From Escherichia phage vB_EcoM_CUA3: a stretch of DNA of 64,000 bases. Each line of letters starts with the position of its first letter. Within the stretch, counting starts at the first letter, position 1. The stretch lies in the sequence record PP410321. One strand, written 5' to 3'. The notes under the pieces are model-generated. The model was not told where the DNA came from. It saw only the letters and a list, made by a program, of their open reading frames with translations, and ran no database searches. Positions 21,007 through 31,637 of this stretch are shown piece by piece. The translations under genes and the position numbers were made by a program.

Positions 21007-22530
21007 TTATAGTCCAGTTTGAGACCAATCACCGAATACATCTTCAAATGAATCGGCTTCTGTTTTATCGAAGCGCCATCCTTTAATAATTATAAGGAAA
21101 ACACCTACAGTATCAGTACGTCCTTTAGAATGGACCCAACCATTACATTCACAATCGGCAATACGTCCAATCAACTTACCTTCACGAGCTTGTTTCATAA
21201 GAAGTTCGCGGTCCATATCAGGACGATCTTCTAAAGGAATTAATACCTTTTTGCCTGCTTTATTTTTCTTATGAGTAGTATCCTTAAAGCCGGAACCACA
21301 GTCGGTTGTAATACGACGACAACGTGATACTAACTCAACACCACCAATCTTATTAGGGTCTTTAGAGTGTTCATAGTAACCTACCACTTCTAAAGCAATA
21401 TCGATTACTTCTTTGAATTTAATAAGGTTTTTAGAACGACGGTTTTCCCAGTAGGAGTCCATGTTCTTAAGGATAATACCTTCCAGATTTTGGTCGATGT
21501 ATTTTTTATAAACGACTTTAGCTTCTTCGAGATTATTAACCCATTGNNNNNNNNNNNNNNNNNNNNNNNNNNNNNNNNNNNNNNNNNNNNNNNNNNNNNN
21601 NNNNNNNNNNNNNNNNNNNNNNNNNNNNNNNNNNNNNNNNNNNNNNNNNNNNNNNNNNNNNNNNNNNNCATCCAATGGAACATAGTCCCATGCCTGCAAT
21701 ACCATACCATCTGCTTCAGCTGGAGTAATGGTTCCTTGGAGGGCTTTATTAGCCAAACCATTTGAAGTAGAACGGTCGGCGACTGTCTGGAATTCCTTGG
21801 CTTTACTTAATTCTGGAAGTTCTTCATCAAACATACTAAACAAATCGTTAGCTGCTTTCGGTTCAACCTTAGGTGTATGGTAAACTAATTCACCATCAAT
21901 CATAACACCATTAGGATGACGCTGACGAGCTTCTTCAGTCATNNNNNNNNNNNNNNNNNNNNNNNNNNTAAGCCCTTGATATTCATTACCACCGCGAGTA
22001 AGGAATGTTACCCCATCGTTACGAACTTCAGCAAAGCAACGAGCACCGTCAGCTTTTAATTGAGCGAACGCTGGCCATTTAATATTTTTCTTAATCAGAG
22101 CTTCGTCATAAGAACTGGCCAACATCTGTGGTTGTTCAGGGATTAAACCTTTCCAAACCTTGTTAGCAATAGAAATCGATGCACCACATTCAAGGTCGCG
22201 CATCATTACACGACGTAATACCTCAGCGTCTGGACCCTTGGCATCGGCAATAATTTGGGCAAGTTCTTCAATAGCAGCATTACCTGTAATCTTACGGGTT
22301 GCTAGTGTGAACTCAGCGAAATCAAGAAGGTCTTCAAGTGTAATCATACCAAAGGACTGAGACGTAAATCCAGGTTCTGGCCACTTTTTAATACCATAGT
22401 TCAGACGACGGGTATAAGCCATACGATAAACACGTTTCAGAAGCTCGTTATCCTTTTCACGAGCAATAATAGCTTCTTTAGCTTTAGTAGAATCAATAGC
22501 AGCAATTTCGTTCAAAATATCTAAAATCAT
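21007..22530 (-). CDS. 30: ATP-dependent DNA ligase
   Basis: 507 aa; adenylation motif KADGAR; collinear with T4 gp30; three short N-masks inside. Confidence 0.9.
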   Translation of the reverse strand: MILDILNEIAAIDSTKAKEAIIAREKDNELLKRVYRMAYTRRLNYGIKKWPEPGFTSQSFGMITLEDLLDFAEFTLATRKITGNAAIEELAQIIADAKGPDAEVLRRVMMRDLECGASISIANKVWKGLIPEQPQMLASSYDEALIKKNIKWPAFAQLKADGARCFAEVRNDGVTFLTRGGNEYQGLXXXXXXXXXMTEEARQRHPNGVMIDGELVYHTPKVEPKAANDLFSMFDEELPELSKAKEFQTVADRSTSNGLANKALQGTITPAEADGMVLQAWDYVPLDXXXXXXXXXXXXXXXXXXXXXXXXXXXXXXXXXXXXXXXXXQWVNNLEEAKVVYKKYIDQNLEGIILKNMDSYWENRRSKNLIKFKEVIDIALEVVGYYEHSKDPNKIGGVELVSRCRRITTDCGSGFKDTTHKKNKAGKKVLIPLEDRPDMDRELLMKQAREGKLIGRIADCECNGWVHSKGRTDTVGVFLIIIKGWRFDKTEADSFEDVFGDWSQTGL

Positions 22531-22791
22531 TTTACCTTCNNNNNNNNNNNNNNNNNNNNNNNNNNNNNNNNNNNNNNNNNNNNNNNNNNNNNNNNNNNNN
22601 NNNNNNNNNNNNNNNNNNNNNNNNNNNNNNNNNNNNNNNNNNNNNNNNNNNNNNNNNNNNNNNNNNNNNNNNNNNNNNNNNNNNNNNNNNNNNNNNNNNN
22701 NNNNNNNNNNNNNNNNNNNNNNNNNNNNNNNNNNNNNNNNNNNNNNNNNNNNNNNNNNNNNNNNNNNNNAATTGTATGAACAACAAACATA

Positions 22792-23430
22792 TTAACCTCG
22801 AGCAATCCATTCAACTGCTGCATTATTACGAAGGGATTCGATGGCTGCGATATCGTCCCATGAATTAACCTTTACGGCTAAATTAGGTTTAAAGTCACGT
22901 TCACCACGAGCTAACCAATAAACTTGGATATCCATGAGAATATTAGATGCGGCATCACAGTGGTGAGCCAAATCATCGACATAAAACTTAATGCGTTTGC
23001 CGTATGTATTTTTAGCTCTTATGAACAGGTCTTCTTTTGATTCTGAATGACCACACATCAGAATCTCCTTGAATGCGCCAGGGAACAAAGCATTCAAATT
23101 GAATTGTCTATTCAGCAGAGCATCAATTGAGTCGCCTAGCGCAGTCACGGCTACAAAATCGAAGTCTTTTTTTAGCTTGTTGATGTGTTTTAATGCGTCC
23201 ATGTAAGGAGACAGATAACGAATAAAATCCGACTGATTATATTTCTCGATTAAACGTGCGCCTAATTCGTCGTCACAATTAAACAGTTCGCCTGGAGATA
23301 AGAAACGTTCGTCCTGAATCATATTCAAAATATGTTCTAAAGGCAAATTATATTTCTGTGCGAAATAAGGCAAGCCGGACTGCCAACTCAAACATACTCC
23401 ATCGATATCTGTTAAGATAACTGGTTTCAT
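22792..23430 (-). CDS. HAD-superfamily phosphatase-like protein (30.1/30.2 position)
   Basis: 212 aa; HAD motif I ILTDIDGV, motif II VAVTA, motif IV YVDD. Confidence 0.6.
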   Translation of the reverse strand: MKPVILTDIDGVCLSWQSGLPYFAQKYNLPLEHILNMIQDERFLSPGELFNCDDELGARLIEKYNQSDFIRYLSPYMDALKHINKLKKDFDFVAVTALGDSIDALLNRQFNLNALFPGAFKEILMCGHSESKEDLFIRAKNTYGKRIKFYVDDLAHHCDAASNILMDIQVYWLARGERDFKPNLAVKVNSWDDIAAIESLRNNAAVEWIARG

Positions 23431-23894
23431 AATAAATCTCTCAATTTGTTTAGGATGTCGATAAACTCTTTTTCAGTTAGTATTGTATCACATTCTTTGA
23501 GGTGGCTTGCCATTGAATGCTTTAAAACCTTACCTTTAGTGGCTTGTAAAGCTTCTCGGAATCCTTTGTTCTGGAGCGCTGCTTCAAAATATGCATTTGT
23601 ATACAACTCTTTCCATGCTGCAGAGTATCTTGAAAAGGGAATTCCAAGCCAGAAAAGCGTCCCACGGTCCGCAGCTCTTGCATAAGCTCTTCCACTTTGC
23701 TGGGCGGCCAATCCGGACATCCTAAATATACGTTTTTGTTGTTCAACATTTTTCACCTTACATCCTTGGAGGAATCCTTCGAGTCCACCAAATTGGATAC
23801 CATCCATAACGAAAGGCCATTTAGCAAAGTTACTTAATGCGCATGATGGCCACGGAAAGTTACTTCTAATTTCTAACTCAGACATCTTTGACAC
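23427..23894 (-). CDS. Hypothetical protein with NADAR/YbiA-like N-terminal motif (30.3 position)
   Basis: 155 aa; LSNFAKWPFVMDGIQF resembles the SNFxxWPxxxDG signature of NADAR proteins; assignment tentative. Confidence 0.45.
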   Translation of the reverse strand: MSKMSELEIRSNFPWPSCALSNFAKWPFVMDGIQFGGLEGFLQGCKVKNVEQQKRIFRMSGLAAQQSGRAYARAADRGTLFWLGIPFSRYSAAWKELYTNAYFEAALQNKGFREALQATKGKVLKHSMASHLKECDTILTEKEFIDILNKLRDLL

Positions 23895-24093
23895 TTATAA
23901 TTTCGACATCAGCCCAATGTCCGTAACCCGGGAGTCGGTCTTCAATGGATAAACCGCCGTCGTGTTTAGGCATTTTAATTGTCATGATATAAGGTTCTAA
24001 ATGGTCTGCCGTATGAGGAGAAACATCGGTCACACGATAAGTCACTTCAACCATTTCCGTACCTAACAATTTCTGAATCAGTTTCTTAACCAT
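23878..24093 (-). CDS. Hypothetical protein
   Basis: 71 aa ORF, tight packing with neighbours. Confidence 0.4.
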   Translation of the reverse strand: MVKKLIQKLLGTEMVEVTYRVTDVSPHTADHLEPYIMTIKMPKHDGGLSIEDRLPGYGHWADVEIISVKDV

Positions 24094-24288
24094 ATTATCC
24101 TCGCTTCAAACATTTGATTACAGACAATTCAGAACCCATGCGAACGTCTTCGGTGCCATCGACCCATAAGACTAAATACGCTTCTTTAATTACAANACNA
24201 CCGAATTTAAAAGCAGGTAGAACCTTGGAAATCATTCCAGGAATACCCACACCTTTTAGCTGAACAGTTTGTGATAAGAATAGTTGCA

Positions 24289-24576
24289 TTAGAACCTCAT
24301 CTGAAAGCCGTGTGATTTAACATTACCACCATAGATGTCAGAGGTATTGACTTCACGAGCAGCACTTGGGTCGATATTGATATCACGGTTGAGCTTAGTG
24401 ATTGCCAGGGTATCACGACCATTAACAGTACGAAATTCTACTGGACAAACCACATCAGCATAAGCCTTAATAGATTCACGAGTAGGCTGTTTGTCGGCAG
24501 GAACGTCTTTACCTGCTTTAGAGAAAACAACTTCACAGAAATTTTTACGAGTATCGAAATAAGTGGTCATAAACAT
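24289..24576 (-). CDS. Hypothetical protein
   Basis: 95 aa ORF; adjacent 64 aa ORF 24095-24289 carries ambiguous bases. Confidence 0.4.
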   Translation of the reverse strand: MFMTTYFDTRKNFCEVVFSKAGKDVPADKQPTRESIKAYADVVCPVEFRTVNGRDTLAITKLNRDINIDPSAAREVNTSDIYGGNVKSHGFQMRF

Positions 24577-24689
24577 AATATTTTNNCCTCANNNNNNNNN
24601 NNGTCTATAGTATCACGCCTACCGGAGATGTACACCCTTTTTTAAAGATTTAGAAACAAAAATGGGACTCCGAAGAGTCCCATAACTTA

Positions 24690-24849
24690 TGCNNGANCTT
24701 TACCAAAGCAAGCAGCATCTGCACGCAATACTGCGCGAGCACGAGCTTGAAGCTTATCAACTAACGGATTGATACGCTTGTTGGACGCACGCTTGTAACC
24801 AGCGCGTTTAGAGGTACCGTCAACTACTTTAACTTCTTTCTTAGCCATG
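24690..24849 (-). CDS. Small basic hypothetical protein (30.9 position), 3' end in ambiguous bases
   Basis: MAKKEVKVVDGTSKRAGYKRASNKRINPLVDKLQARARAVLRADAACFGK, RBS AGAGATATA..ATG weak; not in ORF track. Confidence 0.3.
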
Positions 24850-25115
24850 TTNTATATCTCTTAAATTAGGATGCAGGACTTATTGACATTGCCTGCGCAA
24901 GCCCTCAAGGGGAACATAGGTTTAGGATATTTAACGACAGGATAACCATAAACCTCGTCATCATANNNNNNNNNNNNNNNNNNNNNNNNNNNNNNNNNNN
25001 NNNNNNNNNNNNNNNNNNNNNNNNNNNNNNNNNNNNNNNNNNNNNNNNNNNNNNNNNNNNNNNNNNNNNNNNNNNNNNNNNNNNNNNNNNNNNNNNNNNN
25101 NNNNNNNNNNNNNAT

Positions 25116-25451
25116 TCAAGAGGTACACCGTAAAANNNNNNNNNNNNNNNNNNNNNNNNGATTCGTAAATCGATAATCAGACAATTCGACGGCTCCTCGA
25201 TTTAACTTAAGGGTAATAATAAAATGACGTACTGCTTTACGAGCTGCAGAAGCCAGAGGCTTAGCATATTTCAGTTCATCTTTAGCTTCCAGTTCAGTAG
25301 CCAGAACAGCCTGAGCAGGATTCAGATGTTTGAAATAACGCAGGATTTCCAGTGCTTCGGCTTCAACATCAATAGATGCGCCGTAGTTTTCGTGACCGTT
25401 GTTCCAAGCGTTGCGTTGCAGTTCAAGAGCGTGATTCAGATGTTTGTTCAT
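25116..25451 (-). CDS. rIII: rIII lysis-inhibition accessory protein (3' end runs into mask)
   Basis: MNKHLNHALELQRNAWNNGHENYGASIDVEAEALEILRYFKHLNPAQAVLA... matches T4 rIII. Confidence 0.8.
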   Translation of the reverse strand: MNKHLNHALELQRNAWNNGHENYGASIDVEAEALEILRYFKHLNPAQAVLATELEAKDELKYAKPLASAARKAVRHFIITLKLNRGAVELSDYRFTNXXXXXXXXXLRCTS

Positions 25452-25597
25452 TTTAGATTCTCAATTCGAGATAAAGATTGGTGGACACGTTCTTCTGAAT
25501 TTCACTTCCTTTCGGCAAGTCTCTCAGTTGTAGTCCACCGCTTAGGATTATCNNNNNNNNNNNNNNNNNNNNNAGCCAATCCATATTATTATTTATA

Positions 25598-25921
25598 TCA
25601 CTTATAAAGACACGGAATAGCTTTATAGTGACAGGTAACGAATTTTTGTTTAATTTCTTTAGGCTGCTTAATACCGAGCGCAACTAAAGGATGAGGCACG
25701 TTAGCAATCTTACCAACAGGAAGTGGAGTCAAATCACCTACTTCACAAAAACCTTCAGGGACATCAGGTCCTACAGAATAAATTTCACAAAGTTCAGGGA
25801 TTTCACCTTGATGAAGTTTGCCAATAACGATACCAGATGCAGTAGTTTCTTCATCACCAGCTTGTTTTGGTTCGGAAACGAGAATAACATATTCTCCGAC
25901 CGCTTTAATAGGAAGTTCCAT
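25598..25921 (-). CDS. 31: gp31 co-chaperonin (GroES analogue)
   Basis: 107 aa; C-terminal [23 protein letters not shown] as in T4 gp31. Confidence 0.85.
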   Translation of the reverse strand: MELPIKAVGEYVILVSEPKQAGDEETTASGIVIGKLHQGEIPELCEIYSVGPDVPEGFCEVGDLTPLPVGKIANVPHPLVALGIKQPKEIKQKFVTCHYKAIPCLYK

Positions 25922-25952
25922 ATTTAATCCATGTTGTTTTGTTGATAGATTA

Positions 25953-25977
25953 ATAATAACACGCTATTCTTAAAGCA
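25953..25977 (-). promoter_or_regulatory. MotA-dependent middle promoter for gene 31
   Basis: Minus strand TATGCTTTAAg + 12 nt + TATTAT, 30 nt upstream of gene 31 ATG. Confidence 0.5.
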
Positions 25978-25979
25978 TA

Positions 25980-26246
25980 TTACAGGACAAGCAGAGTTTC
26001 AGTCTGGAGCCCGTTAATAGAAATCAGTTTATCGAAACGGAACGAGCGCCAGTCATTAACCTTGGTGTCAAATACACGGATATAATTAACCGGTTCTTTA
26101 TTAGCTTCCGGGCCTGGTGCTTGAATTTCTTTATACGGGAGAAGGTCTAGGTCGCGAGTACAAGTCATACGACGAACGCTACCATCCGCCTTTTCAAACA
26201 GAACTTCGTGAGTACCCCACAGACAGAATAGTCTTGGCTTTTTCAC
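25980..26246 (-). CDS. Hypothetical protein (31.1 position)
   Basis: 88 aa ORF. Confidence 0.45.
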   Translation of the reverse strand: MKKPRLFCLWGTHEVLFEKADGSVRRMTCTRDLDLLPYKEIQAPGPEANKEPVNYIRVFDTKVNDWRSFRFDKLISINGLQTETLLVL

Positions 26247-26282
26247 GGAGCCTAATAGTTTCTTGTTCAGTTAAAATCATAA

Positions 26283-26516
26283 TTATTCCAGAATAGTTTT
26301 AATAGTGGTTGCATTACGCTCTTTTAGAGCTCTTAATAGGCTATGGCAATTATCAAGAATAGGTACTGTTTTGTAATTCATGTTGGCATAAACCCACTCG
26401 GATTTATAGTACGATTTCCATCGAGAGAAAAAGTACTTTTTGTATTCTACCGAATAGGCTACTAAACTTTCACCTTTTGAGTTCAGACCTGAAAACTTCA
26501 CTAATCGAAATTTCAT
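26283..26516 (-). CDS. Hypothetical protein (31.2 position)
   Basis: 77 aa ORF, start adjacent to cd stop. Confidence 0.45.
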   Translation of the reverse strand: MKFRLVKFSGLNSKGESLVAYSVEYKKYFFSRWKSYYKSEWVYANMNYKTVPILDNCHSLLRALKERNATTIKTILE

Positions 26517-27061
26517 TATTCACCACAATAGTTTTGAATTGATTCCCAGTTCAGAGAACGGAGACCGGTACGGTTATACTGGATAACTTCGATGCCTGAT
26601 TCACGGAGGATGTCATCCCAACCTTCAGGATTTCGGTCATAGAGCTCAGCATAAACCAATGTTTTAATTCCGGACTGTGCAATAGATTTAGCACAATCAG
26701 CACATGGTGATAGTGTCACGTACATCGTAGCACCGTCAATAGAACTTCCAGTACGAGCTGCAAACAAAATAGCATTCAGCTCGGCATGGATTTCATTTTT
26801 AGAAGACCACGCGGCATGAGCCATACGGTGTTCTTTAAGAAGAACCGATTTATGGGACATTCTTGCGGGGTCATACACAACACGAGTCCAGTCCTGTTCC
26901 ACCGCATGGTCACAACAGTTCACACCGCCAGACGGCGAGCCATTATACCCTGTAGAAATAATGCGACCATTCTTTTCAATAACGGCACCCACTTTCCATG
27001 AACAACATTTTGATTCCTGAGAAATCAGATAGGCAATCTGAAGATATGTACTTGCTTTCAT
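26516..27061 (-). CDS. cd: dCMP deaminase
   Basis: 181 aa; zinc-binding HAELNA and PCADCA motifs. Confidence 0.9.
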   Translation of the reverse strand: MKASTYLQIAYLISQESKCCSWKVGAVIEKNGRIISTGYNGSPSGGVNCCDHAVEQDWTRVVYDPARMSHKSVLLKEHRMAHAAWSSKNEIHAELNAILFAARTGSSIDGATMYVTLSPCADCAKSIAQSGIKTLVYAELYDRNPEGWDDILRESGIEVIQYNRTGLRSLNWESIQNYCGE

Positions 27062-27291
27062 TCTACGAACACTCGCTGCGCTTCGACCAGACCATCAGAA
27101 CCAAGTTTTAACTGGGTAATCTGGTCGCCATTTTTAGGATTAACGATAACCAATACCGCACGTGGTGATTCCTGAATTACTCGCAGAGTTGCATCAGGAA
27201 AACGTACAGAAACCTTATTAATCAAAGCCTGAGCAAATTCTTTAACTTTAACTTGGAACTGCTCTACAGTAATAGATTGTTCGCTCAGCAT
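27058..27291 (-). CDS. Hypothetical protein (cd.1 position)
   Basis: 77 aa, ATGA overlap with cd. Confidence 0.45.
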   Translation of the reverse strand: MLSEQSITVEQFQVKVKEFAQALINKVSVRFPDATLRVIQESPRAVLVIVNPKNGDQITQLKLGSDGLVEAQRVFVE

Positions 27292-27956
27292 CAGATGGTC
27301 TCCAACTTAAGTTGTTTGGTAGTGGTAGCTTGGGTAACGTCGCCTTTAACAATATAACACACTTGTTGGAACGAACTGGTCAAAAGCTCTTCGGCCTGAC
27401 GATCGGCTTGTTCCTTTGTGTTATGACGAGAATGAACTTCAATCTTACCATTTTTAACGATAAGCACTTTCCAATCGGCAGTGGTTTTTACTGGTTTAGG
27501 TTCCGGCTTTACGGCAATACTCGTAGTAGCCAATGGACGTACCACTTCAATAAAGTAATCGAATTCATGGCCAAAAAAGCCTGATGAATTAAAAAGAACA
27601 GCATTTGCATCATCAGGATTACCTGTGAATTTGCTAGGGTCGACAAACATCATCTCGTCATATACACGAATTCTGCTTACACGTTCACGTCCATTATGGT
27701 AATCAATTTCAACTTCAAACGGGTTCATACCTACATACTTGGCAAAAGCTGTATTGAGGCCGTAAGCACCGTTATTAGTGAATTTGTTTTTAGTGTATTC
27801 ACTACCGAACTTATAAAACTTACGCTCTTCAAAGAACTTGCTCATTTCGATTTCCTCATTTGTTTCGGTAGGACTACTATACCACAGTCCTACCATGATG
27901 TAAACACTTAAATTGCTTCGACCACTACTGTTTGTTTCTGGAAGTCCATTTTGCAT
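27291..27956 (-). CDS. Hypothetical protein (start uncertain)
   Basis: 221 aa ORF; internal ATG MSKFFEERKFYKF may be true start. Confidence 0.5.
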   Translation of the reverse strand: MQNGLPETNSSGRSNLSVYIMVGLWYSSPTETNEEIEMSKFFEERKFYKFGSEYTKNKFTNNGAYGLNTAFAKYVGMNPFEVEIDYHNGRERVSRIRVYDEMMFVDPSKFTGNPDDANAVLFNSSGFFGHEFDYFIEVVRPLATTSIAVKPEPKPVKTTADWKVLIVKNGKIEVHSRHNTKEQADRQAEELLTSSFQQVCYIVKGDVTQATTTKQLKLETI

Positions 27957-28186
27957 GAAATAGCCAAAATGTGGTTATCAATTTTAAATGGGACGATTGC
28001 AAATGCTGCACCAGACGTGAGTTGAACAGTGATTGCATCAACTGCATCCGGGAACATGATTTCCAGAATAGCAGACAAACGACCATGCACTTTTAGTTCA
28101 GTCGACGTGTCGACAGGTTCGTATAGGTAATCAGATACAATCTGACTAAAAACCACTTTAACAATTTCAGAATAAGTAGGGAACAT
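27908..28186 (-). CDS. Hypothetical protein
   Basis: 92 aa ORF in cd-pseT small-gene string. Confidence 0.4.
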   Translation of the reverse strand: MFPTYSEIVKVVFSQIVSDYLYEPVDTSTELKVHGRLSAILEIMFPDAVDAITVQLTSGAAFAIVPFKIDNHILAISCKMDFQKQTVVVEAI

Positions 28187-28193
28187 AATTACC

Positions 28194-28409
28194 TCAGTGT
28201 ACTGTATGGACCTTCACGTTAACAATAAACCGGTCAACGACTTCAGTCAGAGGAACAAACTCAACATAGTACTCGCCTTTGTAACGTTCATTCAAGTCAT
28301 TACGGAGAGCTGCTAGAGAGTTAATGAGGGTAGGAGACATATTCTGTCCTACCAGTTTCTGAAGCTCTTTATAAGCTTCTTCTTCAACTTCATGGTGTTT
28401 GTTATACAT
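28194..28409 (-). CDS. Hypothetical protein
   Basis: 71 aa ORF. Confidence 0.4.
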   Translation of the reverse strand: MYNKHHEVEEEAYKELQKLVGQNMSPTLINSLAALRNDLNERYKGEYYVEFVPLTEVVDRFIVNVKVHTVH

Positions 28410-28598
28410 AATATTCTTCCAGGTAGTCTAGTAGTTCAGTGGCAGATTTAAAGATACCACCATCGACCTTTTCTTCANNNNNATAGTCCATTACATCCAG
28501 GCCAATACGTCCATCAGTTAAAGGCCATACGCCGAAGAAAAAGCATTTACGTTTTTCAATTTCTTCGATTGTACGAAAAATCTTTTCGATATTATTCA

Positions 28599-28599
<1 letters not shown>
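28402..28599 (-). CDS. Hypothetical protein
   Basis: 65 aa ORF, starts at pseT stop. Confidence 0.35.
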
Positions 28600-29820
<1,221 letters not shown>

Positions 29821-29824
<4 letters not shown>

Positions 29825-30288
29825 ACACCAAGCTCCTTATAAAGTTCTTCGCGACAGGTTTTAAGGATTTTACCAGTTTCATAAGCTGCACTTTCAGAAA
29901 CATCGCCAAGTGCAGCAGCAGATTGCATTTGACCATGGCGTTTAGCCGCGTATTCAAAACTTTTTACTAGCTCACGAATACGTTCTTTTTCNNNNNNNNN
30001 NNNNNNNNNNNNNNNNNNNNNNNNNNNNNNNNNNNNNNNNNNNNNNNNNNNNNNNNNNNNNNNNNNNNNNNNNNNNNNNNNNNNNNNNNNNNNNNNNNNN
30101 NNNNNNNNNNNNNNNNNNNNNNNNNNNNNNNNNNNNNNNNNNNNNNNNNNNNNNNNNNNNNNNNNNNNNNNNNNNNNNNNNNNNNNNNNNNNNNNNNNNN
30201 NNNNNNNNNNNNNNNNNNNNNNNNNNNNNNNNNNNNNNNNNNNNNNNNNNNNNNNNNNNNNNNNNNNNNNNNNNNNNNNNNNNNNCAT
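29821..30288 (-). CDS. Hypothetical protein (middle masked)
   Basis: ATG at 30288 behind GAGGAA RBS and early promoter; C-terminal 56 aa visible. Confidence 0.35.
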
Positions 30289-30316
30289 TTCCTCAAATTT
30301 TATAATCCGTAGGAGC

Positions 30317-30346
30317 ATTATACTCTGCTCCCAAGAGTTTGTAAAC
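30317..30346 (-). promoter_or_regulatory. Early promoter (GTTTAC, 18 nt, TATAAT)
   Basis: Minus strand GTTTACaaactcttgggagcagagTATAAT. Confidence 0.5.
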
Positions 30347-30449
30347 TACTTTCCAAAAAGACCATGCATACACATGCTGAACACAATCCCAAAACAAAAG
30401 AATGCAGCGCCAAATNNNNNNNNNNNNNNNNNNNNNNNNNNNNNNTCAA

Positions 30450-30740
30450 TCATTTGCACTTCTCCTCTTTTAGTCCGGAACGATAATAACATAACATAGA
30501 TTTTTGGTCTTGTACATATCTTTTTACGTCATTCAACCAAATACGATGTTCTTGTGAGTCTTCAAATGGCATACCGACCCACGCCTTACCATCGATTACC
30601 TTAACCTGCCATTTAACATTATGTTCGGCGATAGGTTGTGGCCATGAAGGATGTAGTTGTTGTTTAGGCGCTACAGGAACATCCTGGGCACATCCAACTA
30701 ACAAGCCAATAGATAATACTACTGCAGCTGATTTAATCAT
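30450..30740 (-). CDS. Outer-membrane spanin (o-spanin lipoprotein)
   Basis: 96 aa; signal peptide with lipobox LLVGC; T4 pseT.2 position. Confidence 0.7.
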   Translation of the reverse strand: MIKSAAVVLSIGLLVGCAQDVPVAPKQQLHPSWPQPIAEHNVKWQVKVIDGKAWVGMPFEDSQEHRIWLNDVKRYVQDQKSMLCYYRSGLKEEKCK

Positions 30741-31090
30741 TCTGTAATGCTCCTGAAGTCTTCTGTAAAGGAATCGAAGGACTTGTTGATTTGTTTTTCG
30801 ACCAATCCTGGCTTACTTGCCACCACGTGCGCCTTCTTCGAATCTTTACGGAGCTTTTCATTTTCTACCTTAATTTTATCCATTCGGGCGTTCATTTCAG
30901 TAGTACGGAATTCAATATCAGAGTATTGACCACGAAGGTCCTCTACAGCTTCAGCGTTCTGTTTAGCCGCTTCCTGGGTCGTTTTCAGTTCTTCAGTAAG
31001 GGTATCAATACGGCTTGATTGATATGAAATCAGACCATAAGCACCTACTGCAAGAGCTCCAGCTAAAAGGTAAATATTTAATTTAGACAT
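30737..31090 (-). CDS. Inner-membrane spanin (i-spanin)
   Basis: 117 aa; N-terminal TM helix then coiled-coil; ATGA overlap with o-spanin; T4 pseT.3 position. Confidence 0.7.
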   Translation of the reverse strand: MSKLNIYLLAGALAVGAYGLISYQSSRIDTLTEELKTTQEAAKQNAEAVEDLRGQYSDIEFRTTEMNARMDKIKVENEKLRKDSKKAHVVASKPGLVEKQINKSFDSFTEDFRSITE

Positions 31091-31578
31091 TTGGTAATAA
31101 TCTCGATGATGTCATCACGCGACAGGGAGTTGATAAGAACCGTTTTAGGGTTTTCACACTGGATTTTATACGTTTCAAACATCACGCACAATTCTTCAGC
31201 GGTATGGTAAGGGCTGGAAATGCCAAGGCGATTAAACTTGTCGCTTAATGGGTCGCAAATCAAATAGAAAGTGATTCCTGCGATTTTAACATTAGGCTGA
31301 CTGATATTAATGAACACCTCGGCATCATACTTAGAAAGGTTGTTTTGGAGAAACTCTACCATAGAGTTAACTGCTTCAGGCATGGCCTCGCGCTTTTCTT
31401 CTGCATAGCGGGTAGAGTATTCTTTTTGCTTGATTTTCTTTTTAGCATTTTTGGCTAAAGTAACACGAAGATCGGTTAGGTAACCTACTGCACGAGAACC
31501 TTTAAAAACTTGGATACCGTCGGTAGAGTCACCAAAAGCTTTAACAACCATTTCGTTAGTAATCATTTGCATATTCAT
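31078..31578 (-). CDS. alc: Alc host-transcription shutoff protein
   Basis: 166 aa, position between spanins and rnlA as T4 alc. Confidence 0.75.
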   Translation of the reverse strand: MNMQMITNEMVVKAFGDSTDGIQVFKGSRAVGYLTDLRVTLAKNAKKKIKQKEYSTRYAEEKREAMPEAVNSMVEFLQNNLSKYDAEVFINISQPNVKIAGITFYLICDPLSDKFNRLGISSPYHTAEELCVMFETYKIQCENPKTVLINSLSRDDIIEIITKCLN

Positions 31579-31608
31579 TTTGTTTTCTCCTCATTAGTTG
31601 GTAGGTCT

Positions 31609-31637
31609 ATACTAACACATCATGAGGAGATGTAAAC
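31609..31637 (-). promoter_or_regulatory. Early promoter (GTTTAC, 17 nt, TAGTAT) for alc
   Basis: Minus strand GTTTACatctcctcatgatgtgtTAGTAT followed by conserved leader CCAACTAATGAGGAG. Confidence 0.55.

Noticed and set aside
25224-25607. 127 aa plus-strand ORF
   Set aside because: Antisense to rIII and the gene 31 leader; minus-strand genes are supported by homology.
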